This document shows positions 28,903 to 39,602 of a stretch of 64,000 nt of DNA, piece by piece (position 1 is the stretch's first letter; each line of letters starts with the position of its first letter). The position numbers and the translations under genes were made by a program. This DNA is from Candidatus Micrarchaeota archaeon (GTDB taxonomy: Archaea > Micrarchaeota > Micrarchaeia > Burarchaeales > JACRGF01): the NCBI GenBank assembly GCA_016212395.1, contig JACRGF010000009.1:28132-92131 (forward strand). Direction: 5' to 3'. The notes under the pieces are model-generated. The model saw nothing but the letters and a program-made list of their open reading frames with translations, was not told where the DNA came from and did no database searches.

Positions 28903-31296
28903 ATGCAGCTGATAATTTGCGAAAAGCCGCGTGTTGCTGAAAAGCTCGCGGAAGCGCTTGGAGAAGATGGCTTTGAAAAAAAGCGTTTAGGCAGCGTCAG
29001 CTACTTCGAGCTGAAGCGCAGAGGAGAAGACATTGTAATCGCGCCTGCAGTAGGCCACGTTTATTCCCTAAAATCTTCAGCGAAAGGAGGCGGCTACCCT
29101 GTATTCGACGTGGAGTGGGCGCCTGCTTTCGAGGTGGACGAGGGCGCGGCGTACACTAAAAACTATGTTTCTAATATTGCAAAGCTTGCGAAAAAGGCTG
29201 ACACGTTCGTGTGCGCTTGCGACTACGACTTGGAAGGAAGCCTGATAGGCTTTAACGTCATCCGCTTCGCGTGCAATTCCACCGAAGGCAAGCGCATGAA
29301 GTTCTCCACTCTTGCTCCAGACGACTTGGTTGAAGCATTCGAAACAGCAGGCCCTCTAGACTATAACAACATTTGGGCTGGGGAAACACGGCATTTCCTC
29401 GACTGGTTTTACGGAATCAATTTAAGCAGGGCGCTCATGCAGTCGATAAAACGCGCAGGCATTTTCAAAGTAATGAGCATCGGCAGAGTGCAAGGCCCAG
29501 CGCTTGAAATTCTTACTAGCCGCGAACGCGAAATCGCAATCTTCAAGCCAGAGCCCTACTGGGTTTTGTCAGCGCTCATTTCAGAAGTGAAATTCACGCA
29601 CGAGCAAGGAAGGTTCACTGAATTGGAGGATGCAGAGGAAGCGAAGAAGCGCACGAAGAAAGACGGCACTGTTGAAAAAGTAGAGCGCAGAGAATTCACC
29701 CAGCCTCCATTCCCTCCATTCGACTTGACGTCATTGCAAGTTGAGGTGTACAAGGCGTTCGGGTTCACTCCAGCGCAGACGCTTGAAATCGCGCAAACGC
29801 TTTACGAAGCAGGAATGATCAGCTACCCGCGCACTTCATCCCAAAAACTCCCCGAGAAACTCAACCTGCCGAAAATAATCACTGCGCTCGCAAAACAAGA
29901 AAAATATTCAGCGTTTGCAAAACACTTGATAGAACGCAAGCTGTTCAAGCCTCTTGAAGGAAAGAAGACTGATCCTGCGCACCCTGCAATTTACCCTACT
30001 GGAATAGTCTCTAGATTAGGCGAGCGCGAACTCAAATTATACGATTTGGTAGTAAAAAGGTTTCTCGCGTGCTTTGCAGAATGGGCGAAACGCGAAAGCA
30101 TGAAAGTCGTCGCACTTCTCGGAACAGAAAAGTTTGACGCGAGCGGAACCCGCACCGTCGAGAAAAACTGGATTGCGTTCTACGAGCCTTACTTGAAGCT
30201 TGAAGAAGTTACTCTGCCAGCGTTCGCTGAAGGCCAGAAAGTCGCTGCAGAGAAAATCAAGCTCGAAGAAAAACAGACGAAGCCTCCCTCGCGCTATTCG
30301 CCTGCATCTATCGTTGAAACTCTCGAGCGCAAAGGCTTGGGCACTAAGGCAACGCGCTCCGGCATTATTGAAACGCTCCAAAAACGCGGTTACATTGAAG
30401 GCAAAAGCATTACAGTCACGCAGTTCGGGCAAACAGTATGCGGAGCGCTCGAACACCACTGCCCGCTCATTCTCGACGAAGAGCTCACGAAGCAAATAGA
30501 AACGGAAATGGAGGAAATTCAGGACGGCAAGCTAAAGAAAGAAGAAGTTCTCGAGGAAGGCAGGCAAGTGCTTGGAAAAATCCTCCTCGAATTCAAGTCT
30601 AAAGAAGAAGAAATCGGGAAAGAACTCCTGGGCGCGCTCAAGCAAAGCGAGAACAACGCAAGCCTTCTCGGAAAATGCAACAAATGCCAGAACGACTTGC
30701 GCATCCTGCGCTCGCGCGCAGGCAAGCAATTCGTAGGGTGCGGAGGCTACCCCCAGTGCTCAAACTCCTACCCTCTCCCGCAAGGCGCGCTCGTAAAATC
30801 AACAAGCGAAACATGCGAAAAATGCAAGACGCCATTCGTGCTCGTAATACGCAAAGGAAAAAAGCCGTGGAAGCTCTGCCTGGACATGAACTGCGAAACA
30901 AAAAAAGACTGGAAGAGAAGAAGCGACGCAACGCAAGCAAGCAACGGCACTGTCACGAAGCAAAACACAACAACCGCAACTACCTCAAGCACAACAACGC
31001 AAGCAAGCGCGAAAACAGCAACGCCCAACACGACGCAAGCAACAGCAACACAAACCGCAGTAACACAACAAATAAATACGAACACTGGAAGCAACACAAT
31101 TACACCCAGCACCCCGACTGCTACACAACAAACAAGCGCGAACTCTGCAACAACACAAACAAGCACAGCAACTCAGACGCAAAATATCAATCTAGAAACT
31201 CCTTCTTCAGGCAGTGCACTTAAAAAATCAATCAAGCCAGCCAAACGCAAAACCCGCAAGAAGTCCGACGACGCGAGCATGCAAGGCGAGAATTAA
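28903..31296 (+). CDS. topA: DNA topoisomerase I (type IA) with Zn ribbons and Thr/Gln-rich tail
   Basis: ICEKP, AVGHVY, CDYDLEG, SIGRVQGPAL, ISYPRT, AHPAIYPT, GLGTKATR, C4 zinc ribbons. Confidence 0.96.
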   Translation: MQLIICEKPRVAEKLAEALGEDGFEKKRLGSVSYFELKRRGEDIVIAPAVGHVYSLKSSAKGGGYPVFDVEWAPAFEVDEGAAYTKNYVSNIAKLAKKADTFVCACDYDLEGSLIGFNVIRFACNSTEGKRMKFSTLAPDDLVEAFETAGPLDYNNIWAGETRHFLDWFYGINLSRALMQSIKRAGIFKVMSIGRVQGPALEILTSREREIAIFKPEPYWVLSALISEVKFTHEQGRFTELEDAEEAKKRTKKDGTVEKVERREFTQPPFPPFDLTSLQVEVYKAFGFTPAQTLEIAQTLYEAGMISYPRTSSQKLPEKLNLPKIITALAKQEKYSAFAKHLIERKLFKPLEGKKTDPAHPAIYPTGIVSRLGERELKLYDLVVKRFLACFAEWAKRESMKVVALLGTEKFDASGTRTVEKNWIAFYEPYLKLEEVTLPAFAEGQKVAAEKIKLEEKQTKPPSRYSPASIVETLERKGLGTKATRSGIIETLQKRGYIEGKSITVTQFGQTVCGALEHHCPLILDEELTKQIETEMEEIQDGKLKKEEVLEEGRQVLGKILLEFKSKEEEIGKELLGALKQSENNASLLGKCNKCQNDLRILRSRAGKQFVGCGGYPQCSNSYPLPQGALVKSTSETCEKCKTPFVLVIRKGKKPWKLCLDMNCETKKDWKRRSDATQASNGTVTKQNTTTATTSSTTTQASAKTATPNTTQATATQTAVTQQINTNTGSNTITPSTPTATQQTSANSATTQTSTATQTQNINLETPSSGSALKKSIKPAKRKTRKKSDDASMQGEN

Positions 31297-31363
31297 TTTT
31301 TTGCGTGCGTGAACTTCTGCTGAAAAGTTTAATTAATATTTTTTCGTTTTCTAATTGTTTTTC

Positions 31364-32236
31364 ATGGCCGAAGCAGTTTTAGTTTCCCCTAATTGCCTTG
31401 ATTTGAAAATACCCGGCGTCGAGCTTGAAGCGCGCAAGTTTCCCGACGGAGAAAGCTACGTGCGCATTCCAATTCCAGTTGAAGGCAAGAGCGTTGCCCT
31501 AGTCCACAAGTGCTACCCGAACCAAGATGAAGGGTTAATACAGCTTTTCATCATCGTTTCCCAACTGCGGGACATGAAGGCGAAGAAAATAACGTGCGTT
31601 GTTCCCTACCTTCCTTACGCGCGCCAGGACAAGCGCGTGAAAGACGGCGAGGCAGTAAGCGCTGAAACTATCTGCAGGCTGTTGAAAGAATGCGGGTGCA
31701 GCGAACTCGTCGTGCTCGACTGCCACTTTTTGAAGAAGGAAGGCGAATTTTCTTACTCTGGCTTGAAAATACGAAACTTGAGCATGTCGAAAGAATTGAT
31801 TGCTAAAGCGAAAACAGAACTTCAAAACCCCAAAACTCAAGACCTTGTAATCACTTCTCCGGATGTTGGCGCGAGCTACATGAGCGGGGGAAAAAAGATG
31901 GACAAAAAGCGGGGCGACTACAACTCGAGCAAGAAAGGCGAAGCTGTTTACCGCGATATCGTGGAGTTGAACGCTGGCTTTGAAGCGCGCGGGAAAAACG
32001 TTGTAATCATCGACGATATGATAAGCACTGGCAACACGATGGTGAAGGCAGTGGAGACGCTGAAGAAGGCAGGCGCTTCCAAAATAGTGTGTTGCGCGAC
32101 TCACGGGTTATTCTTAAATAGCTCTCTAGACAAATTAGTTAACGCTGGGGCAAGCGTTTTTGTAAGCGACAGCATCCAGTCAAGCGTTTCAAGCGTGAGC
32201 GTTGCTGGAAAACTGCGCGCAGAGGGGATATTGTGA
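31364..32236 (+). CDS. prs: Ribose-phosphate pyrophosphokinase
   Basis: FPDGESYVRI, PYLPYARQDK, SPDVG, IIDDMISTGNT, ATHG. Confidence 0.92.
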   Translation: MAEAVLVSPNCLDLKIPGVELEARKFPDGESYVRIPIPVEGKSVALVHKCYPNQDEGLIQLFIIVSQLRDMKAKKITCVVPYLPYARQDKRVKDGEAVSAETICRLLKECGCSELVVLDCHFLKKEGEFSYSGLKIRNLSMSKELIAKAKTELQNPKTQDLVITSPDVGASYMSGGKKMDKKRGDYNSSKKGEAVYRDIVELNAGFEARGKNVVIIDDMISTGNTMVKAVETLKKAGASKIVCCATHGLFLNSSLDKLVNAGASVFVSDSIQSSVSSVSVAGKLRAEGIL

Positions 32237-32853
32237 GCGGGGAAAACCAACTAGGACAAAATGCGGACACTATTTACATTCGAATGGAAAAGCTGGCGCA
32301 CAAGCTTTCAGAACGGTGCAGGGAAATAGACCGCAAAAGCATCGAGCAGTTCATTGAAGCAATCAGCGAAGCAAACTATATCTTCATGCTCGGCGCAGGC
32401 AGGAGCGGGCTTGCAGCACGCGCGTTCGCAATGCGCTTAATGCACTTGGGACTGCACGTTCACGTAGTAGGGGAAACAACAACGCCTGCAATCCGCAAAG
32501 GCGATTTGCTCATTGCAATTACCGGAAGCGGAAAAACAAGCGGCATAATCAACGTGCTCAAGACAGCGAAAGACAAGGGAGTGAAAATCTCTGCAATAAC
32601 CTCATTCCCAGACTCTCCGTGCGGGAAAATGGCGGATATAATAATCAGAATAAAAGGAAGGCTTCCTGAAGACGAAGCGCGAGGCGACTATACTGAACGC
32701 CAGCTTGCAGGAGAACACGAGCCCATCATCCCGCTCGGCACGCTCTTCGAATTAAGCACGCTGCTATTCCTCGACATTATCATAGAAGAACTCATGCGCA
32801 GGAAAAACTTCAGCGAAGACGAAATGAAACAACACCACACCAACTTGGAATAA
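32233..32853 (+). CDS. hxlB: 6-phospho-3-hexuloisomerase (SIS domain)
   Basis: GAGRSGL, FAMRLMHLG, VVGETTTP, PLGTLFE, HTNLE. Confidence 0.93.
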   Translation: MSGENQLGQNADTIYIRMEKLAHKLSERCREIDRKSIEQFIEAISEANYIFMLGAGRSGLAARAFAMRLMHLGLHVHVVGETTTPAIRKGDLLIAITGSGKTSGIINVLKTAKDKGVKISAITSFPDSPCGKMADIIIRIKGRLPEDEARGDYTERQLAGEHEPIIPLGTLFELSTLLFLDIIIEELMRRKNFSEDEMKQHHTNLE

Positions 32854-32944
32854 GTAAAAATGCAAATCAATTCTCGTGCAACAGGAAAAAATGCTCGACT
32901 AATTCCTCTGCACACTGGAAACACGCTCGCACAACAGGTAGAAA

Positions 32945-33502
32945 ATGCTCGACCACTTTCTTTCCACTTTCTTTGCAATCGGCTTAGCTGAATTAGGCGA
33001 CAAAACCCAATTTGCAGTGCTCGCGCTTTCAGCAAAATGCCACAAGAAAGCGCCAGTCATTCTTGCTGCAATCATTGCGTTCGCGCTCGCAAACGCAATA
33101 GCAGTTGTTCTCGGAAGCATCTTCTCCTTCGCACTGCCAACTAATGTGATAAAAATCGCTGCAGGCGCTTTATTCATTCTCGTAGGCCTGCACACGCTGT
33201 TCCTAAACAAGCAGGAAAAAGAAGAGGAAGTGAAAAGCGACCGCAACGTTTTCATTTCAGCATTCACAATGCTGTTCCTCATGGAAATGGGAGACAAGAC
33301 GCAGTTCGCAAACATGCTGTTCGCGACAATCTACAACCCGCTCCTCGTCATGCTCGCGGCAACCCTGGCAATGAGCCTGCTCGCGATACTCGCAGTAGTG
33401 GTTGGAAAAAAACTGTTCAAGCACTTGAACGCGAGAACGATAAAAACAATTTCAGGATTGCTGTTCATAATCGTCGGAGCAGCAGTATTATTTTTTGGGT
33501 GA
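32945..33502 (+). CDS. TMEM165/GDT1 (UPF0016) Ca/Mn transporter
   Basis: Two EXGDKTQ motifs (ELGDKTQ, EMGDKTQ). Confidence 0.92.
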   Translation: MLDHFLSTFFAIGLAELGDKTQFAVLALSAKCHKKAPVILAAIIAFALANAIAVVLGSIFSFALPTNVIKIAAGALFILVGLHTLFLNKQEKEEEVKSDRNVFISAFTMLFLMEMGDKTQFANMLFATIYNPLLVMLAATLAMSLLAILAVVVGKKLFKHLNARTIKTISGLLFIIVGAAVLFFG

Positions 33503-33599
33503 AACATCCCGCGTTTGTTTTTGTTTTTCGTGTTCGAAACGCGAAGCAGGAGTGCTTTTTTTAAATTCAAGCGAACGATAACAATTACTGCAGGTGTTT

Positions 33600-34901
33600 A
33601 TGTTGGACGTTGAACAAGTTGTTTCTCTTGCGTTGAAGCTCGGAGCAGACGAGGCTGAAGCTTTCCGCTCTAGCGGGAAAAGCTTTTCCTTCTCCAGCGT
33701 GAAGGATAAAATCCACTCTAAAGAGTTCGACGAGGAGACAGGCTTTGGCGTGCGCGTGCTGAAGCAGAAAGGCTTGGGCTTTTCATTCTTCTCGCGCGAG
33801 CAGGATGCTGAGAAGGCAGTGCGCAACGCGCTCGCGCTCGCGGATTACTCTGAAAAAACCTCTTTCCATTTTCCGAAAAAACAAAAAACAGTGAAAACAA
33901 ATTGTTTCGACAAGCGCGTAAGCGCATTAAGCGAAGAAGACGGAAAGAAAATGCTGCTCGAGCTCATTAACAGCGTGAAAGAAAAAGCGAATTCAATAGA
34001 ATGCAGGGTTTCCTTCAGCTCAAGCAAAGCGGAAATCGCGAACTGCGCAGGCTTGCACGCAAGCGAGCAATACTCTGACTTCAGCGCTTCAGCAGAAGCC
34101 GAGTCGAATGGAAAAACAGGCCACGAGAGCGCGGGATCTTGCTTTCTCGACTTGAACGTGCGCGAAATCGGAGCGCAGGCAGGCGCACGAGCAAAAGACG
34201 CGGGCAAGGCTGTAAAAGCAAAGCCAGGAGCGCGCGAAATAATTTTCGACGTTCAAGCAGTTTACTCTTTCATTTCCGAGTTGCTTTTTCCCTCTTTCAA
34301 CGGCAACACTGTGCGCAGGGGCAGTTCGTTCTTGTGCGGAAAGTTAGGAAAACAAATTGCTTGCAGGCAATTCAGCTTGCACGACGACCCGCTCGCGCAG
34401 GCGTTAGACATTTGCTCGTTCGACGGTGAAGGCATTGCGAGCAAGCGGAAAACTCTGGTTGAAAAAGGAGTGCTGAAAAACTTTTTGTTCGACTCTAAAA
34501 CTCTCGCTGCATCCGGAGAGTTGAAGCGCGAGTTGAACGCAAGCCCAGGAAACTGCGCTCGCGCAGGGTTTGACAGCGCTCCGGGAATAGGGCATTCCAA
34601 CCTCGTAATCGACAGTGGAAGCTCTGGGGATTTAGTGCGCGAGTGCAAGCGCGGCTTGTGCGTAACCAGTTTTTTCGGAACTCACACTGCAAACACTACT
34701 ACAGGAGATTTTACTGTTTCAGTGGACTGCGGGTACGAAATAGAAAACGGCGCGCTTTCAACTCCAGTGCTCGGCGCGATGATTTCAGGAAACGTGTTCA
34801 CTCTCCTCGAGCAAATAAGCGGAATAGAAAAAAAGCAAGAGCGTTTCTACGACTTAATCTCGCCGCGCGTTGCGTTCAAGAAAATGAGCGTAAGCGCTTA
34901 A
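33600..34901 (+). CDS. TldD/PmbA family protein (PmbA/TldE type)
   Basis: [41 protein letters not shown]; no HE..GH motif. Confidence 0.88.
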   Translation: MLDVEQVVSLALKLGADEAEAFRSSGKSFSFSSVKDKIHSKEFDEETGFGVRVLKQKGLGFSFFSREQDAEKAVRNALALADYSEKTSFHFPKKQKTVKTNCFDKRVSALSEEDGKKMLLELINSVKEKANSIECRVSFSSSKAEIANCAGLHASEQYSDFSASAEAESNGKTGHESAGSCFLDLNVREIGAQAGARAKDAGKAVKAKPGAREIIFDVQAVYSFISELLFPSFNGNTVRRGSSFLCGKLGKQIACRQFSLHDDPLAQALDICSFDGEGIASKRKTLVEKGVLKNFLFDSKTLAASGELKRELNASPGNCARAGFDSAPGIGHSNLVIDSGSSGDLVRECKRGLCVTSFFGTHTANTTTGDFTVSVDCGYEIENGALSTPVLGAMISGNVFTLLEQISGIEKKQERFYDLISPRVAFKKMSVSA

Positions 34902-35080
34902 AAACATGCTCGCCAAGCAATACGCGAAACAAGCAAAAACAGCAAAAATGCTTTTTTTTTCGCGCGAGAGATTGCTTTTGTTTTTTTCGTGCACTGCGCT
35001 TTTGCTTGTTTTCGCCCTGCAACGCGCGTGATAAGTATTTATTCTTGTGTTTCGAGAGAGTAACGTTTGTGGTGTTGGTT

Positions 35081-37084
35081 ATGGTTGCTTCTATTTCAAA
35101 AGAATGGCGTTCTACTGCCGACGTTCCTGTTCCTGACAAGCTCGTGGACCAGATTATCGGCCAGACGAAAGGCGTTGAAATAATCAAGAAAGCAGCGAGG
35201 CAAAAGCGCAACGTTCTTCTAATCGGCTCGCCGGGCACTGGAAAGTCCATGCTCGCGCAGGGAATGGCGGAGCTCATGGGCGTTGAAGAGTTGGAGGACG
35301 TGCTCGTCTACCAAAACCCGAATGACGAGAACACTCCTCTCGTGAAAGTAGTCAAGACTTACCCTAAGGAGGAAGCGAAGAAATGGCAGGCAGAGCACGC
35401 GAAGTGGAAAGCGTTGCGCGCGAAGGAAGCGAAAGTGAAAGGCGAAAAATTTGATGAGAAGGAATTCGAGCTTCCAGGCTTGGGAAGGCGCACTGTCCAG
35501 CAAGAGAAAATGCGCGGCAGGATAGGCGGAAGCGGAATGCCTTCAATGATGGTCCTGCTTCTAATTCCTTTAATACTATTCATCATTTTTCAAGCGCTGA
35601 GCGCTCCGGACGGGAAAGGCGAAAACATTTTCGCAGCGCTCATCCTCGGATTGCTCATAATGGGCGCAGCGTGGCTGTTCACCTCCTCGATTTCAAAAAG
35701 AATGGGCTCGTTCGGAGAAACAGGCAGCGAGCCGAAACTAATAGTGGACAACACGAGCAAGAAAAGCGCTCCGTTCGTGGACGCGACAGGCTCGAAAGCA
35801 GGCGCGCTTTTCGGGGACGTCCGCCACGATCCGTTACAGAGTGGTGGATTAGGCACTCCAGCTCACTTGCGCGTCGAGAGCGGTGCTGTGCACCGCGCTA
35901 ACAAAGGCGTTCTCTACTTGGATGAAGTCGCGCTGCTCACTCCAAAAAGCCAGCAGGACTTGCTTTCTGCAATGCAAGAGAAAAAATTCTCTATTACCGG
36001 GCAAAGCGAAATGAGCAGCGGCGCTCTCGTGCGCACAGAACCCGTTCCGTGCGACTTCGTGCTCGTAGCTGCAGGCAACTACAGCGACATTGCCAAAATG
36101 CATCCTGCGTTGAGAAGCAGAATCCGCGGTTACGGGTATGAAGTGTACGTTGAAGACTCCATGCCTGACAGCGAGGAAAACCAGCTTAAGCTCATCCAGT
36201 TCGTCGCGCAGGAAGTAAAAAAGGACGGAAAGATTCCGCACTTTTCGCGCGAGGCAGTAGAAGAAATAATTGAAGACGCAAAGCGCAAGGCAGGCAGGAA
36301 AAACAAGCTGACGCTCAAGCTCCGCGAGCTCGGAGGCTTGATACGCGCTGCCGGAGACATTGCGCGCGAAGAAAAAGCGGAACTCGTGCTGCCCGGGCAT
36401 GTCGAGCGCGCGCGGAAAGTCGCGACTACGCTCGAACACCAGCTCGCCCAGCAGTTTATTGCAACAAAGAAAGACTACAAAGTGTTCGTCACTGAAGGCT
36501 TTGAAGTCGGGAGAGTAAACGGCCTCGCTGTTCTCGGGGAAGGCGACAGCGGGCTCATGCTTCCAATCGTCGCCGAGGTAACGCCTGCAAGCTCGAAAGC
36601 AGAAGGCAAGCTTGTTGCTACTGGAAAACTAGGAAAAATTGCGAAGGAAGCAGTTCAAAACGTCTCGGCAATCATCAAGAAGCACATTGGCAAAGACGTT
36701 TCCCAGTACGACATTCACGTCCAATTCCTCCAGACTTACGAGGGAGTTGAAGGCGATTCCGCGAGCATAAGCACTGCAGTAGCAGTGTTAAGCGCAATGG
36801 AAGACATCCCAGTAGACCAATCCATCGCCATGACCGGCAGTTTAAGCGTAAGAGGCGAAGTGTTGCCAGTCGGAGGCATTACTGCGAAAATAGAAGCAGC
36901 AATAGAAGGAGGCGCTCTCTCAGTAGTAATCCCGTACGCAAACAAAGACGACGTGTACCTCGAACAACGCTCTAAAAACAAAATCAAAATAATTCCAGCA
37001 AAAACAATTGTAGACGTGCTCGAGCACGTGCTGAAAAACCACCCGAAAAAGAAAAAGCTCATAGCAGACATGAAAGGCATTTGA
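35081..37084 (+). CDS. lonB: Archaeal membrane-anchored Lon protease
   Basis: [16 protein letters not shown], two TM helices, [22 protein letters not shown] (catalytic Ser), [12 protein letters not shown]. Confidence 0.95.
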   Translation: MVASISKEWRSTADVPVPDKLVDQIIGQTKGVEIIKKAARQKRNVLLIGSPGTGKSMLAQGMAELMGVEELEDVLVYQNPNDENTPLVKVVKTYPKEEAKKWQAEHAKWKALRAKEAKVKGEKFDEKEFELPGLGRRTVQQEKMRGRIGGSGMPSMMVLLLIPLILFIIFQALSAPDGKGENIFAALILGLLIMGAAWLFTSSISKRMGSFGETGSEPKLIVDNTSKKSAPFVDATGSKAGALFGDVRHDPLQSGGLGTPAHLRVESGAVHRANKGVLYLDEVALLTPKSQQDLLSAMQEKKFSITGQSEMSSGALVRTEPVPCDFVLVAAGNYSDIAKMHPALRSRIRGYGYEVYVEDSMPDSEENQLKLIQFVAQEVKKDGKIPHFSREAVEEIIEDAKRKAGRKNKLTLKLRELGGLIRAAGDIAREEKAELVLPGHVERARKVATTLEHQLAQQFIATKKDYKVFVTEGFEVGRVNGLAVLGEGDSGLMLPIVAEVTPASSKAEGKLVATGKLGKIAKEAVQNVSAIIKKHIGKDVSQYDIHVQFLQTYEGVEGDSASISTAVAVLSAMEDIPVDQSIAMTGSLSVRGEVLPVGGITAKIEAAIEGGALSVVIPYANKDDVYLEQRSKNKIKIIPAKTIVDVLEHVLKNHPKKKKLIADMKGI

Positions 37085-37224
37085 ACATTCAAAAAAACTG
37101 AAAACAATCCAGCGCAGAAAAAATAAAAAAAAACAGAACCAGCAAAAGCATGTTGAAAGTCGCACATCTTTTTTTTCTCGCGAGAATTTGCCTTGTTTTT
37201 TTGCGTGTTGTTGCAGTCGCTTGC

Positions 37225-38457
37225 TTATCTTTTCACTACTACTTTTTCGTCTATGCTCGCGATTTGCTCGAGTTGGTAGGAAAGTTTTTGCCCGAGCGGG
37301 GTTTGGACGAATAGCATGCTTTTCTTCTTGTCTATGCCCACTATTTTTCCGAGGTACGTTCCGAACTCGTTGAGCGCTTCCTTGTTTTCAAGCTTCATTT
37401 CAGCAGCAATGCTTGCGCGTATTCTCTTCGTTGCTTCTATGGCTACGAACGCGAGGATGATGCTGAACATTATTGTTTTCACGAAGTCGATGAAGTAAGC
37501 GTCTGCAACCACCCAGTCGCTCGCAGTCTTGAGCAAAATCCACAAGAGGAATACTGTCACCACGTACAAGCCGTGCTTGGCTATCTCGAATTTTCTTCCT
37601 TCCCTTAAAGAATCAACAGCCATTCCTGCAATGGCGAGCACTGCAGCCCACGGCAAAAGAATGAGCGTGCTTCTGATAGTATAAGCAACTATTTTCACAG
37701 AGTCTATTGCTTGCGCTGTAGCAGTGGAATACTCCTGGAACCCGAGCCACACTGAAATGAGCACGAGTGGCAACGCTGCCAGGTACACGACGAAACTAAT
37801 GTTTTCAACAGAAAACTTGAATTCAAGCAGCTTCGAGAGAATCGCTTCCTCGAAACCAAAGCCTTTCAAAAGCAAGTAAGCGCCAATCACGAACACTACT
37901 GGCTTCCAGCCGAAGCCCAGCATTTCACTAATCGCGAACGCGAGAATAACGAGCGCTGGAATGCCTAGAATAATGCGCGCGTAGTAAGGCTCTTTCAATT
38001 TTTCAAGAAGCACGAAGTAAGTTTTCTCGAGTTCCTTCGCCTGCTTCATTATCACTATTTTAGTCGAATCGACTTTCACGCGCGAATTGACAATAGGCAA
38101 TACTTCTTCATCGTCATACCCGTCTGAAACGAACACGCATGATTCTGCCTGGAATTCAGACATTATCTTGTCCAACTGCCTGCTTATTTCCTTGTCCGCA
38201 GTATAGCCGAGCTTCCGCGAGCCTGTAAGCGTTGCAACCTGCACTTCTGCATTGCGCTCGCTTTTCTTCAACTCGTCGAATTCTTTCACTGCTTCAAAAA
38301 TCGCGTTCGCGTCAGGCTCTTCAGGGTCAGCTAGCGCGAGCTTTGTCGCAGCCTCCAAGTTCGCGTCCCTTCCAATAATCGGCCCGTTCACTTTCGCTTT
38401 CTCGCGCAAGTCGTTGTCACGGTCAATGCAAAGCACGAGCACTTTCCTTTTGTTCAT
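37225..38457 (-). CDS. DUF373 family membrane protein
   Basis: LVLCIDRDNDL..K, ADPEEPDAN, FVSDGYDDE, KQAKELEKTY. Confidence 0.85.
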   Translation of the reverse strand: MNKRKVLVLCIDRDNDLREKAKVNGPIIGRDANLEAATKLALADPEEPDANAIFEAVKEFDELKKSERNAEVQVATLTGSRKLGYTADKEISRQLDKIMSEFQAESCVFVSDGYDDEEVLPIVNSRVKVDSTKIVIMKQAKELEKTYFVLLEKLKEPYYARIILGIPALVILAFAISEMLGFGWKPVVFVIGAYLLLKGFGFEEAILSKLLEFKFSVENISFVVYLAALPLVLISVWLGFQEYSTATAQAIDSVKIVAYTIRSTLILLPWAAVLAIAGMAVDSLREGRKFEIAKHGLYVVTVFLLWILLKTASDWVVADAYFIDFVKTIMFSIILAFVAIEATKRIRASIAAEMKLENKEALNEFGTYLGKIVGIDKKKSMLFVQTPLGQKLSYQLEQIASIDEKVVVKR

Positions 38458-38558
38458 ACCAATCGATTTGATTTGACTGATACGTATATAAATATGTTTA
38501 AGTTATAAGAGTTGGCTACAGTAAAGCGAGTGAAAGTAAAAGCCTCGTTTTTTCAGGA

Positions 38559-39116
38559 TTGGTGTTAATTTTGGTCGTATTGCCCGGCAATAGCCTCGGA
38601 ACAGAAGAAGAATTCCTCGCAGGAACAGACACTTTCGTAGAAGGAGTGGACATTCTAGCGACACACGCAGGCGAAACGAGCATAGACGCAGACCACCGCG
38701 TGAGCATAAAAGCAGTAAAAAAGCCGGCAATGCTCACTCCCGGCATGGTGGTATTCGGCAGAGTGGACGAAATATTCGAGCCAATCGCACTCTTGCGCGT
38801 AGTGGGAATAGAGCAAAACGGCGTAAGGCCTGTAAACAACCAGTTCTACTGCGTGCTTCACGTTTCAAGAATAAAAAGCGGTTACGCGAAAAACGTGCGC
38901 GACGAAATCAAAATCGGCGACATCGTGAAAGCAGTAGTGGACGAAATAAAGAACGAGGAAGCGCACTTGAGCACGAAAGCCCCGGAATTCGGCGTAATCA
39001 AAGCATTCTGCTCAAACTGCAGGCACCCGCTTGAAAAAAAAGAACGCATGCTTGAATGCCCTGACTGCGGAAGCAAAGAAAACAGAAAGCTTGCGCCTGG
39101 GTACAGGTCAGTTTAG
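38559..39116 (+). CDS. csl4: Exosome complex RNA-binding protein Csl4
   Basis: VLPG..LGTEEEF.AG, S1 domain (LHVS, IGDIVKA), GVIKAFCSNC..CPDCGSKENRK. Confidence 0.92.
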   Translation: MVLILVVLPGNSLGTEEEFLAGTDTFVEGVDILATHAGETSIDADHRVSIKAVKKPAMLTPGMVVFGRVDEIFEPIALLRVVGIEQNGVRPVNNQFYCVLHVSRIKSGYAKNVRDEIKIGDIVKAVVDEIKNEEAHLSTKAPEFGVIKAFCSNCRHPLEKKERMLECPDCGSKENRKLAPGYRSV

Positions 39117-39183
39117 AAGTTCAGAGGTTCAGAAGTTTTGAATGGTTTTGATAAAACGCGTCGTAGGAAGGGGGATGAATCCA

Positions 39184-39227
39184 GGGGTTTCGAGGAAACC
39201 TTTGGTTTCCCCCAAGACGCCTTGGGG
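39184..39227 (+). promoter_or_regulatory. Tandem GC-rich hairpins in the rpoL leader
   Basis: GGAAACC-TTT-GGTTTCC (39194-39210) and CCCCAAG-ACGC-CTTGGGG (39210-39227). Confidence 0.5.
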
Positions 39228-39236
39228 TTGATTTGA

Positions 39237-39515
39237 ATGAAAGTGAATTTCTTGGTTGACGAAGACAAGCACGTTGAAGTGCTCTTGGAAGGAGAAGAAC
39301 ACAGCCTCCCTAATGTTCTGAAAGACATTCTGCTTGAAAGCGACGACGTCGAGTTCGCTGCGTACGTGATAGACCACCCGCTAGTGGGAAGCCCGAAGCT
39401 AATCATTAAAACAAAGCGCAAGAAAGCCCGCGAAACGCTGAAAAACGCGCTCGCAACGCTCCAGGAACGCTTGAAAGAATTCGAAACAGCGCTGAAGAAA
39501 GAAAAGAAAAAATAA
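39237..39515 (+). CDS. rpoL: DNA-directed RNA polymerase subunit L
   Basis: GEEHSLPNVL, VEFAAYVIDHPL. Confidence 0.93.
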   Translation: MKVNFLVDEDKHVEVLLEGEEHSLPNVLKDILLESDDVEFAAYVIDHPLVGSPKLIIKTKRKKARETLKNALATLQERLKEFETALKKEKKK

Positions 39516-39602
39516 AAAAAGAAAAGCAAGAAGCGAAAAAGCAGAACGAGAAAACTCGCAAAAACAAGCAAATAATACTTTTTCGCGCTAATTTTTTCTT
39601 TC

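Noticed and set aside
35360..35480. Intein in LonB
   Set aside because: The insert is only about 35 charged residues, with no Cys/Ser start or His-Asn end.
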